A stretch of 64,000 bases of DNA from Anaeramoeba ignava BMAN (lineage: Eukaryota > Protista > Anaeramoebae), in contig JAPDFW010000044.1 of the NCBI GenBank assembly GCA_028826165.1, positions 434,001 to 498,000 on the forward strand, given 5' to 3'. A program made the position numbers and the translations under genes. Positions 15,101 through 28,000 of the stretch are shown one piece after another; the first letter of the stretch is position 1; each line of letters begins with the position of its first letter. A model generated the notes under the pieces. It saw only the letters and a program-made list of their open reading frames with translations. It made no database searches and was not told the origin of the DNA.

Positions 15101-15501
15101 AAGCATAACGGACGAACACAACCTCTTGCTTCAACATCAAATAAAGTAAAATGATGAACCTAATAAAAAATTTAATAAATTGATTTAAAAAAAATTTTTC
15201 CATTTTTAAATTTTTTAATTTTTTAATTTGAAATTTTTTTTTCTTTTTTTTTTAATTTATTTACATATGAATATATTGGTATTTCTGTGTTTGTATTTAT
15301 TTTTATTACAAATTGTGTGTCTGGAGATGGTTTTCCTACTTTTGAAGATTGATAATTTGTTGCCATTATTTGTAATGCAATTTCATTTAAAGAATTTTTT
15401 TGATTTGGAAAAGTAAATAAAACATCAGGACCTTTTTGTTGACAAAATTCACAAACTAAAATAATATCAGTTTGAATTTCTTGTTGAATTTGATTTTGCA
15501 T
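12115..15501 (-). CDS. SMCR8: SMCR8-like (folliculin family longin/DENN) protein with a long internal N/Q/E low-complexity tract
   Basis: Exon 1 DIILVCEFCQQKGP...IALQIMATNYQ. Intron 15264-15160, then VHHFTLFDVEARGCVRPLCFSYLS (SMCR8 pattern YVHHLTLYDLEARGFVRPFCMAY). C-terminal DENN-like HVLFAILTGRLIVV...LKLCGL. Frame is broken within and near the repeat. Confidence 0.8.
13130..14185. repeat. ~1 kb (TTTTGA/TTTTCA)n hexamer array, encoding NQ/NE repeats on the minus strand
   Basis: Directly visible. It generates the many spurious KI/IL ORFs at 13.1-14.2 kb. Confidence 0.9.
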
Positions 15502-15589
15502 TTAAAAAAATTAAAAATTAAAATGAAAAAAATGAAAAAATGAAAAATTAAAAAAATTTAATTTTTGAAATGAAAAATTAAAAATGAAA

Positions 15590-16065
15590 AATTTGAAATT
15601 AAATTTTCTTTTGATTTGAAATTAAATTTTTCTTTTGATTTGAAATTAAATATTTTCCTTTTGATTTTTTAAATTTTCTTTTTGATTTGAAATTAAATTT
15701 TTTTAAATTTTTGTTTTTGAAGTTAATTTTTTTTTTGTTTTGAATTAATTTTTCTTTTGATTTGAAATTAAATTTTCTTTTGTTTTTGAAGTTAATTTTC
15801 TTTTGATTTGAATTAAATTTTCTTTTGATTTGAAGTTAAATTTTCTTTTGATTTGAAATTAAATTTTCTTTTGATTTGAAGTTAAATTTTTGATTTGAAT
15901 TAAAAATTTTCTTTTGTTTTTGAAATTAAATTTTCTTTTGATTTTGAAATTAAATTTTCTTTTGATTTGAAATTAAAATTTTCTTTTGATTTTGAAATTA
16001 AATTTTCTTTTGATTTTGAAGTTAAATTTTTCTTTTGATTTGAATTAAATTTTCTTTTGTTTTAA
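15590..16065. repeat. ~23-25-bp tandem repeat (aaattttcttttgatttgaaatt) between the dynein stop and the SMCR8 start
   Basis: Directly visible imperfect tandem array beginning immediately 3' of the dynein stop codon. Confidence 0.8.
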
Positions 16066-16067
16066 AG

Positions 16068-19000
16068 TTAATCTGGTGAAGACCAAACAATTAATGCAGT
16101 TCCTCTTTGATACCATGTTTGAATTGGAACATCTTTTGGTGTTGTTAAATCAAGTGAAAATAATAACTCTTTTCTTGTATTATTCAAATAAACAGGTAAA
16201 TTAATTAAATCACTTCCAACTTTTGATTTCACATTCAATTCATTTTCTTGATTAGGAACCCATCTTAATTGAACTCTGGGTAAAGGATTTGAAATATCAC
16301 TTGAAATAGCCAAACAATTATTTTTCCAAATTGCTCCTTCAAGTGTAAAATCATCAACAAAAAAACTTGTGTTTTTAAATTTGGATTGTGTAAACTTCCC
16401 AATTTCAATCTCTAATTTTAAGGTTTCTAAAGACCACATATTAGATTGAGCCGCAGATTGTCTTGTTGCTGTGATAAATGCCTCTGGTGAAAATAACCCA
16501 CCAAGCCATATTCCATCAAGACAATAATTTTTGGATAAAATAATTTTTTGTAACTGTTTGATTCGTTTTGAAAAATCAACAATCCAAATTCCAACAGGAA
16601 TATTAGCAACTGAATAAACTCTCCAAGAAGAAGGAATAGTTGCTTGAGTTAAATCACGAATTAAACCTCTTAAGTAATTTGTGTGTTTCTGTTTTCCTTG
16701 ACATAATAATAAAATCTTCTCAAGATCTTCTCGAACTTTATTCAATAATTTTTTCCCTATTATAATTTCCCTATTGAAACATCTAAACAATGGGTCTTTA
16801 ATACTACTTTCTGTTTTCTTCAATGAATCAAGTGATTTTGGTAAAATATCAATCCATTCTCTTGTTGATTTTTCAAGTTTTTTCATCCATGAAGGTCGAC
16901 GATCTTCTTTTTTTTCTTTTTCAATATCTGATTTTTCTTCTTCATAAATATTTTCCATCTTCAAGAAATTTGCAAGTGTTTCTTTGCCTTGATTTGCTAA
17001 TAAAAGAAGTTCTGCTTTAGCAGGTAATCCGAGCCAAGCAGGATTTTCATTTTTAGGTAATTTCTCAATCCAATCAGCAAAATGTTCCATTTTGGTTCCT
17101 TTTGGAATTTCAAGTGAAAATTTATCAAATCCATCTTCAGTAAGTGAATCATATTCAATCAATTTGAAATTAGAAGAGAAAATTTTTGGAACAAGTAATC
17201 TTTCAAGCATTGAATCAAGAAGTTGTTGATCAAAATCATTATTAATTCTTCCACCATACATAACTTGTCCCAAAATGGTTCTAATTGCAATCCAAGGAAT
17301 TTCTTCAGGATTAACATTGGATCTTCCCTTTGCAACAGATTCAACCCAATAATCAATTGAATCAAGTGAACATCTTTGATCTGCTTCATTGAATTCATAT
17401 ATTTTTGACCATCCCAATGGAACATATCGAAGTCTTTCTTGAATAACAGCATGAAGCCAAGAGAGAATAAAATGCATTCTTGCTCTTTCAACTGGTGCTT
17501 TATCAACTCTTTTACTTGATAGAAGTGAAAATGTGTGGGAAAGATTAGCTTTGATTCCTGGAGGTGCTTCAAACACAAAAATTTGGCACAATCTCAAGAA
17601 ATTAACAGGTAATTTAGGATTAAATTCTGAAGTCATAAACAATCTAAATCCTGGTTCTGGATTGATATTTCTGACTCTTTTTTCTATCTGATTCAACCAT
17701 GGTGGTGCTAAATGAACATTCTTAATCAAAACCCAAGTTCCCATTTTGGATGCTGTTTCAATCGCTTGTTCAGCAAGATGATAACTTTCTTGTGATCCAA
17801 TTGCTATTGATCGTTTTTTCACTTGCAATTCGTTCGCTAATTCATCTACTCTTGTACTAGGATCATATCCTGGTTGTGTGCATAATAATAATGGTTCTCT
17901 TGCATTTGATTCTTTTTCAATAACATTTCTTAAGTTCAATTCTGGTATTGATTGGATATTGTATCCAAATACTGTTTCAACAAGACTTGATGTTCCTGAA
18001 AGAACTCGATCAGGTCTGAAGAATTTCAATAATAATAATCTTCTCAGCATTTTCTTCACATTTAGTTCTCGATTTCTTTCGCTTTCTTCCTCAATTAAAC
18101 TTGTTTGTTTATATTGTTTTTCCCAATTTTCAGGAATATTTGATTCTGGATTTGTTGATTTAATAAATCTTTTCCATTCACTTTGATTCATTCTAATATG
18201 AGAAGGTAATTCTTTAAATGAAGGTAATTCTGAGATAATTTGAAGGTATTTAATTTGAGAAGATGGAATAACTGATTCAGGAATATTATAATAAGAATTA
18301 TCAATTTTATCTTGCAATTTGTTTGGAGAAAGAATTATATCTGAACGTAATAATAGATTCATTTCTTCCTCATCAAAATCTTGTCCCTTTTGTTTCAGAT
18401 AAATTTGGGCAAGTCTTAATGCAAATGTTAGTCTGTCTTTGTGAAGTAATCCATATGAAACTCTTCTGTAAATCACCTTGAAAAGATCGTGTGTTAAAAT
18501 TTTCAATCTTTCTTCATAATCCTTAACATTCATAATATTCTCATTCATGATATTAACAACATTGAAGAAAATTCCAAGAAAGAAATTTAATGAATATTGA
18601 TACAAATAATGAATTGAACTGAGTTGTTCAAGTGTGAAATAAATTCTACTTGAAGATAATGCAAATGGTTCATATTTGGCTGAAATTTTAGTGATATTTT
18701 CTAATGTTTGATCTGCTTGATTTGCCTTTTCTGCAACTTCTGCTGCTTCTGTTTTCAATCTTTCAAGTGAATTGAAAACATAATCATCATCCAAAATATT
18801 TCCTACAACTTTATTCAAAGCATCAAGAACTGATTTTTCCAAATTTCTCAATCTGACTTTGTATTCTCCTTGCAATTTCAAAATATCTGATCTTTGTTGA
18901 TCAATATCAGGTCTTTCATTTCTTAAAATATGATTCAAACATTGTGCTTGTAAACTCTCAAGTGTAACTGTGAAATTGCAGAATGTTACTCTTGAACATA

Positions 19001-22000
19001 AATCAGGTGTGAAATTGAATGAAGGATCTCTTGTTGTCATGAATAAATTAAATGATGGTGAAAAATCAATTTCTTGATCTCCTAATCGAATCAAAAATCT
19101 TCCTCCAGTTTTGTGAACTTCTTTATTCAAAATTGGATTTAAAATTGGATCAATATTCTCAACATCTTGTAAAAGGATAGCTGTTCCAAATCTCAATGCA
19201 CTTTCCAAATTTTTCATGAAAGAATCATCAAGGAAACTTGTTTTCATAATTTTGGATGATTCAAATTGTCTCATTAAAAATTCAGTTGCTTGACCTGATG
19301 GATCAATAACAAGAGGATAACGATTAAATCTTGTTAAAATGATTGCATTTTCAGTGCAAAGATCATCTGCAGGAAGAGAATTAGATTGCCAAATCAATCT
19401 ATCATCAGGAACAGATAGATATTCAATTAATGATAATCCTTCTTTATATTTAATATTAACAGTCATTAAATGCTTTTTCCAAATATTCATTAATACTTGT
19501 CTGTAATGTTGATCAAAAAATCCAATGTAAGTTAAAAATGTTGCTGAAAGTAAAACATCTCCTGGAACTGTTGACATTTGTTCCTGGAAACCCTTTGATT
19601 CCAAACTCCATCTTCCAAGTTCGCTTGATAAACTTTTCATTAATGCAATTGATCTTTCAACTTTTCGTGAAACAACAGTCATTTCTGATTTGATTTCTTG
19701 TGTTTGGGAAATCAATTGTGCGTATTCTTCTTTATATCTTTGAATACTTTTCTCCAAATTTTCAATCATATCATTAAGTTCTTTTTGTTTATCTCTGAGT
19801 GTGTTTGCTTTCTTTTCAAGTGATGCTACTTGTTTTCTTAATGGTTCTACTTTGGAAATTACACCTGAATATTGTGCTTGTGCTTCAAGCCATTTTTGCA
19901 TTGGTCCACATGCTTTACTTGCTCTATTAACATTTTCAAAATTGAATTTTGGATCACTAAGTATTTTTTCAACTGAAGTTCTTATTTTGGGTTTAATTGA
20001 ATAAGTATCAAAATTAACAACACTTGGAATAAAATCATCTTTTCTTAACAATCTTCGAATTTCTCCCCATGAAGTATCTTTACTTCCCAAAAATTGTGAA
20101 ACTCCTTGAAGAGTCATTTTAACTAATTCAGGTGGATTTGCCATTGATTTTAATTCTTCTAAATCTCTTTTCTTGATACTGTTAACACTTTTCTTTGCTG
20201 CTAAAACTGCAGGTTCTGCTTTTGAAAGATCATCCATTGCAATTTTTTGTTGTTCTGCAATTTCCTTGTTTTGTGATTCCAATTTTGTTTGGATTTCAAG
20301 TGAAACTTTTCTTTTTGCTTCTGCTTCTTGTTGATCTTTAACCATTTGTTTCAATTTAGCTTCTGCTTCTTCATTTTTGGATTCAAGTTCTTTTCCCTTT
20401 ATTGTCAAAGTGCTTTGTAATTTCGCAACTTCTTCTTCAGTTTCTTTCATCTTTTTCAATCCAACATTTAAATGTAATTGTTGTTCTTCAAGAGAACTTC
20501 TTTTTTCATTGAAAAGATCCACATAATGTGTAATGAAATCCAAATAATGTCTTGGTGTAACATAATTACTTCTTCCTTGAGTTTTTTGCAATTTCTTTGA
20601 AACTTTTTCAACACTTTTATGAATTGTAACAAAAGAACTAACAATTGATTCTCTATGATTAGGTGAATCTGGGAAATTATCTTTTGCATCAAATTCATGT
20701 GGGAAATGAATAGGTGAAGTATAATTTGGATTTTCCAAATCAAGATATTTTGTGAATTCATATCCAACTTGATACATTGCTGATGGTGACCAATCTCCAA
20801 ACCAATCAAGTACACATCTGTTAAACAAAGCTGGTGAAGTTGCTGCTCGATTTGAAAAATCTCCTGTTGCTGGATTCATTGTGAAAACAATATGTAAATT
20901 GTTTTGAACTTGTTTTGTAAACCAATTAAATAATTCATCATCTGTATCAAGCATTACTCCATCAGAAATTGCTGCTTCTCTGCATTGATTCATTAAAGCT
21001 CCCATTTCATCTCCTTCAAATAAACCTGGTACTTCTCCACTTGCCAATAATGCATTCATTCTTTCCAAAAATGATGTTTCAAGAATATTACTTTCATCAA
21101 AAATAAAACATATTTTTTCTCCTTTAATTCCTGCTCTTTTCATAACAACTCTAAGATCTTCATCAAAATCAAATAATGTGTATTTTCTACTAATTTTGAT
21201 TTGGAAAACTGATAATCCATTCATCCAAGCAACAAATCTTGATAAAACTGTATTATGTGTAACTGTGAAATCTCCAAGTAAAAATCTTCTATTTCCATCA
21301 ATTTCAAATCCACAATAATCTCCTTCTCCAATTAATTCAACTTCAATTTCACTTTCTAAATTTGAATTTTGTATTTTATTTTGATTTCTAATTTTCTTAT
21401 TTGGATTTCTAACAGGAATTTCTTCAATTTCATTTCCTGATATTATAATTTGTTCTTTTTCTTTTTCTTTTTCACAAGAAAATCCAAGTGAACGTGAAAT
21501 GAATTGAATATCTTTATATAATTCTTCTTGATTTTCATTAATTGGAATATTATAACAATTATTCATTTCATCATAAATTATTTCATCATTTGAATCAATT
21601 AATCCTGCCAAAATATTTAATCTTGTTTCACGATCATTAATTTTATAACATTGAGGAATTTTAATTTCTTCATCTGATTTATTGTTTTCCATTCCAAGAT
21701 AAATTCCCAAATTATAAGGATCTATTGGAATATTTGGATTTGAATTGAATTGAATTGGAACTTTAAATCCAACATGATATTTTTTCCAAATTTGAGGTTT
21801 CTTAATATAATCAATAACAGCAATATCAATAACATCTCCTTTATGATTATATTTTTTACTTTCCAAAATTTGATTTATAAATTTGTTTGCGAAATGAAGA
21901 GCATTTAAACTTGAAGTAAAAGATTTAGATTCAGATAATTTTCTTTTTTTACCGTAATTGAAATATTTAATTTTCTCACAATGATTTTCAAAATAAAGAA

Positions 22001-25000
22001 CTGAATATCTTTTAAGATCTTTTTCATGATTAAGAATTGAATTGATTGTTAATTTCAAAGAAAGAATATGAGGTTCATTAACAATATATTCATCACCATT
22101 TGATTGTTTTATTCGATACATATTTTCTCTTCCTTTACAAATACTTAAAACATTTCTTGGATTTGAATCATCACCCATAAGTTGATCATTAACTTTAATA
22201 TTTTTAGCCAATTTTGATTTTCCATTATAAAGCATAACAGGAGTATTTGGATCTAAGCATTTACCAGCACCACTTGATCCAATTAGCAAACAATGACCTA
22301 AAATTTAAATAAAATAAAATTTAAATTTAAATAAAATTAAAATAAAATTTAAATAAAATTTAAATAAAATTAAAAATAAATTTAAATAAAATTTAAATAA
22401 AATTAAAATAAAAATAAAATTAAAATTAAATAAAATTTAAATAAAATTTAAATTTAAATAAAATTTAAATAAAATTAAAATAAAATTTAATTAAAATAAA
22501 ATTAAATTAAAATTAAAATAAAATTTAAATAAAATTTAAATAAAATTAAAATAAAATTTAAAATAAAATTATTTTGAAATTATTTTGAAATTTACCTTGT
22601 GGTTGCTTTAATACTCGATCAATTCTTAAAATATGATCAAGTGCTTCATTAAATAATACTAATTTAACATCCAATTCTTCTTCATAAAATACTTTCAATC
22701 TGGCTTTAACATGTTCTCTTAATTTCTCTCTATCAACATCCATATAATCCTTAGATAACCAATCACTAAATAAAATGGGTCTTTCAATAGCTTTAGGTTT
22801 CATTTTTTTGAAATATTTCTTAGAAACTGAATCTAATTGTTCATCAGTCCAATCTCTTTCTTCTTTATAAACTAATCTATCTTGAAACAATCTTAATCCT
22901 TCATGAACAAATATTCTAACAAGTCCATCTAAATCAAGATCTCCACCTAAAGGTTTTAAAATTTCTCTGAGAGAACGAGTCCATCTACTCAATTCTCTTG
23001 GTGAATAAACATAATGAGGTTGCATATCTTGTGTGAATTTTTGTTGAGAAAGTGAATAAAATTCAACCATTGCATCTGTTAATGGATCTGAATATTCCTT
23101 TAAACGAAGGACACAATCTAAGAACTGCTCTATTAAAAGTTCCATAAATTTGTTTGAGTGAATCTGCAGAAGGATAATCAACAAGAATTACAGGTGCATG
23201 TCTAAGGAATCGATGTGATAAAGGAACTCGACCAACCATTGTTGGTGGATTACATGCTCCTACAAATTGAATTCTTCTTGTTGTTACCCATTGATAATCC
23301 GATATTCTCCAAAATCCTCCTCTTTCAACTAATTGTCTTAAAAATGTTATTACTTTTTGTGTTCCATATCGATCTTGTTTGGGAAGATTAATTTCATCAC
23401 AGAAAATAACAAGCCATTTATCTGATTTTGGCTCGATAATAACTCCATTTGGTGTTTTTTGATATTTGCAATAATGTGTTAATGTTTTCATAACTAATTC
23501 AGGTGTTGTTGCACTTGAAAAATTAATTCCTACAACTTCGAAATTTGGTAATGATCGAAGTGTTGAATATAAAGTCATTGTGTTATGTGTTACAACAAAA
23601 TTATCTGTTAAATATAATTCTTCTGGATGATCAATTGTGATACATGTACATTCATCTTCTCCAACACATTCAATAGAAATTATTCTTCTTTCAAATACAA
23701 ATGGACTTGGTTCTCCAATTTTATCTTTATTTTTGGATAATTTGAATAATTCTTTTGGTGTTTTATAGAAAATTTTGCATAAATTTGTTTTGTTTGAATT
23801 TGTTTCAATTGAACACATTCCTCCTAATGATTGAATAACTTTTTTAAAATCTTGTGATAATTTTGTTGATTTACATTTGAATATAATTGAGTTATCTTTA
23901 TAATTAATGGATGAATTTGAATCTAATAATCCTTTAATAATTTCCAATCTAATTTCTTTAGAATTGAAAATGTAATCTTGAGGAATAAATAATTTATCTT
24001 TTGGTTGATTTAAAAGTCCCAATTCTTCAAGTATTTCTTTATAATGATTTTGTTTTTCAATATTTTCATTTCCAATATAAATTTCTTCTTTTCCAATTAA
24101 AACTCCAAGTAAATAAGGATCAAAAGGAACATTTCTTTCCATAAATAAAATTGGTTTTGGAGTATCAATACTAAATCTAGCTCCTTTTCTTTCAGGAATA
24201 GTTGGGATAATTTGAAGATTATCAATAATTTGTTGAGTTGTAAGAACAAATTTTTGTTTTTTATAATTTGAATGATCATTAACAGTCCAAAGATGATCAG
24301 CAGAACAATCAACAAAATCTCCATCTTCAAATTTAACTCGATAAACATGAAGTTTACCTTGTGGATAAATACCAATAATTTTAGAAGTTTTTCCATCAGG
24401 AGTGCAAACTACATCTCCAATTTTTAATTTTCCATTAATTTTAGGTCCATTTGGAGTATAAACTGTTGCTGAATTTCTAAGTGATTTACCAGATCCAGGT
24501 GGTCCACAAAGTATTAAAGGAAGATGGTCTTTAAGCCAAGAATTAACAACTTCTTCATGTCTTAAAGTATCCACAGTTGGGATAACAACATCTGAACTAG
24601 CAACCATATATGTTTCAATTTCAAGGTTTGGAACTCGATTTTTCCATAAAATCCATTCTCCATCATCAATTTGAACTTCAAAATCAATTAATGGATGAAT
24701 TTTATCTTTAGGTCCTTGAATATCACAATTATTTAATAAAAATGTTCCAAATTCTTCTCGATCTTGTAAAGACATTGATCCTCCAAATCCCCAAATCAAT
24801 GAGAAAAGTAATCTTTTTGTAACATATTTTTGGATATGTTCCTTTTTCATTGAAAAATCAACATGGGCTGAATTATATTCGTGAATATGGTTTATTCCTT
24901 GATCCAAAAGTGAGAATGCTGATGTTAATGAACGAAGATTTGTGAAATCCATTACATTTTGTTTTTTAGAAGCATAATCAATTGCTTTAATAACAACACC

Positions 25001-28000
25001 ATTTGAATCGAAATATTTCCTCAAAACATCAACACAAATTTCTTGAGTTCTTAATACTTCTTCATTTTTTTCTTTTTCATCTGAAAGTTGTTCTTCAAAT
25101 CCAGTTTTTTCACTTTCTAATAAAGGAACATGTTTAGTTTTTTCAAGATAATGAGCAAAATTCATATCTAATGAAATGATATCATCAGAGAACCAAACCA
25201 TTCCACATCTTGAAACTGTTGCTGGTGTTGCATATCTTAAATCTTGAACTTCAAACATTACTCTGACATTAGGAGTCAAAGCAACTCTTTCACCATTAGG
25301 CAAAGTAAGTATTTTATTATCATCAAGAACTGAATTTAAATTCTCAACCCAAATAGAATCAACATCTCCATCAAAAATAATCCAGTGTCTCATATTCAAT
25401 TCTCCTCTTACATTATCAACAATTTTCCTTAAAATATGTGTGAATATTCCATCAGTCCATTCTCTTGTTGTTGGATCAAGAACTCCGAAAAGTTCTTCTT
25501 TAGTAATAGCTTTAGGATCAATCACATGTGATTGTGATTTAATTCCTTCAACTCTTTCAAGTGCTTCCAAAAGAATTTTCCATGCTGTTGATTTTCCACT
25601 TCCTGATGGACCAACCATCATAACTCCATGATGAATTTTTTGTAATTGAAATAATTGAAGCATTTTTTCTATCCATCTTTTTCCTGGAACTAAATAATGT
25701 TGTTTGCAAATATCATAAATAACATTTCTTAATTCTGCCATTTCTAATTCTATTGGAAGTGCTCCTGGGAATACATCTGATAATAAACTGTGTAATAATG
25801 GAATATCATCTGCAACTAATTTTGGAATAACTGTTTCACATATACTTTTAATAACTACAAATTTTTCTTCTTCTCCAAGTTGTTTTCTATCTTTGACTTC
25901 ATCTTGTTTTTTATCTTTAATTTCTAATCTTTTTATATTTCCTGCTGAAACTAATACACTTTTTAAAGCTCTTAATCCAAAATCATAATGAGTTTGTTGT
26001 GAAAGTTGGTCTGCACATAAATTAAATAAAGGAACAACTTTTCCTGATAATTTTTCAGCTGTTTTAAATCCTATTTTAAAAAATTAAAATTAATTAAAAT
26101 TTTATATTCTTATTTTATATTTTTATTTTTGTTTTTACCTTGAGAAAAAAGCATAACTTGAGCAATTAATTCTCTATCAGGTTTAACAACAGAAATTGTT
26201 CTAAATAATGTTTTTAAATTTTCTGGTAATTGAACTCTTCCAGTATAACCAGGATTCCTAAATTAAAAAAAAATTTTTTATTTTATATAAATAAATTTTT
26301 GTGTTTTAAATTTTGTATATTTTTTACATTGTAATAAAAATTCCCATATTTGGATTAATTTTAACATTTCTTCCTATCAATTCAACTTCTTTTAATTGTT
26401 CTTTTAAAGATAATTGAATTGTTTGAATTTGTTGAGAAACTGCTGATAACATTCTTTCTTCTAATCTATTAAATTCATCAAAACATCCCCAAGCTCCACA
26501 TTGACAAAGACCAACAAAAATTCTTCCCATTGCTTGGAAATCGAAATTTTCATCACAATTAAAAACCAAAACAAATCTTCCTAATTGATTTCCAAGTGCT
26601 TTAACAGTTTCTGTATTATGTGTTACAATATGATTTTCTGTGATAAATAAATGATCTGGATGATCAATTAATATGCATTGACATTCATCTTTGCAAATAT
26701 ATTCAATTTTGGAAACAAATCTTTCATTAATAAATTTTTTAGATTTTTTAGCAATTAAAATTTTATCATTTAATGTGAAAAGTTTTTCTGGTTTTTCAAT
26801 TTCAATTCGACAATTAAATATAATTTCCTCGTTTTGTTTTGTTCTGGAAATGTAACAAATTCCTCCAAGTGATTCAATTAATTTCTTTAAATCAAATGCT
26901 AATTGTTGAGATGATGTTGAATAAATTGGTGAATTTGTTTTGGAATCAAAATATCCATTTCTATCAAGAATTCCTTGAAGTAATTGGAATCTTATTTCTT
27001 TGGAATTAAATTGGAATTCATTTGGAATAAATTTATTTTGTGAAAGTTTTGGCATATAATCATTAATTTGATCATAATAAATTTCATAATTTCCATCAGA
27101 TGTAAGATTTAATAAATGCTGAATATTTTGGAAAATTTGTTTGTTAATTGAATTGGAAATTTTGATATTTTGGTTTTCTAATATCTTTTCATTTCCTGCA
27201 ATTAAAACTCCAAAAAGATAAGGAGATATTTTGGTTTTTTGAGTTTTGAAATTTGTATATTTAGGAGTTTCTATTGAAATTTTTTCTTCTCTTCTTAAAC
27301 ATCTTCTCATTTCTTGAGTTGTTATAATTTTAGATGAGTGATCAACAGACCAAAGATGATCATCAGAACAATCAACAAAACCACCATCTTTGAAATGAAC
27401 TCTAAAAACACCAATTTTACCTTGAGGATAAACAGCAAGAATTTTAGCAAATTTTCCATCAGGAGTACAAACTTCATCACCAATTTGTAAATCACCATTT
27501 AATTTAGGACCATTTGGAGTATAAACTATAGTTGAATTTCTTAAAGATTTACCAGTTCCAGCAGGACCAGCAGGAGCACCACCTTTTTATTTATTAAAAA
27601 TATTATTTTATATTTTATATTTTTAATATTTATTTTTATATTTTTATATTTTTATTTACCTAATCTTAAATTTAATGCTTGTGTTAATGTAAGATAACAT
27701 CGATCTGTAAGTGGTGTTTGTACTAATTTATCAACAACTCCTAAATATTCAAATCCATATGCAAATGATGCATTTGCGATTGAAATCATTAATTTCTTTT
27801 CATGACTTTCCTTTTCATTCCAATAAAATCTCATTTCTTGAATCCATGAAAAATTATCCAAAGTTCTAACATTTGTTTGAATCAATCTTCTAATAACATC
27901 TCTTTGATGAATTAATTCAATAATTAAATGCTCATATTTACTTCTTGTAATTGGTTGTAAATCAAAAAGAACATTAAAAGCTAACAAATCTAAAATATTT

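Noticed and set aside
21252-27547. Dynein inserts as group I or spliceosomal introns, or Hedgehog-type Hint domains
   Set aside because: They are in frame and stop-free, lack GT-AG ends, have intein termini (S/C...HN|T) and carry internal LAGLIDADG remnants.
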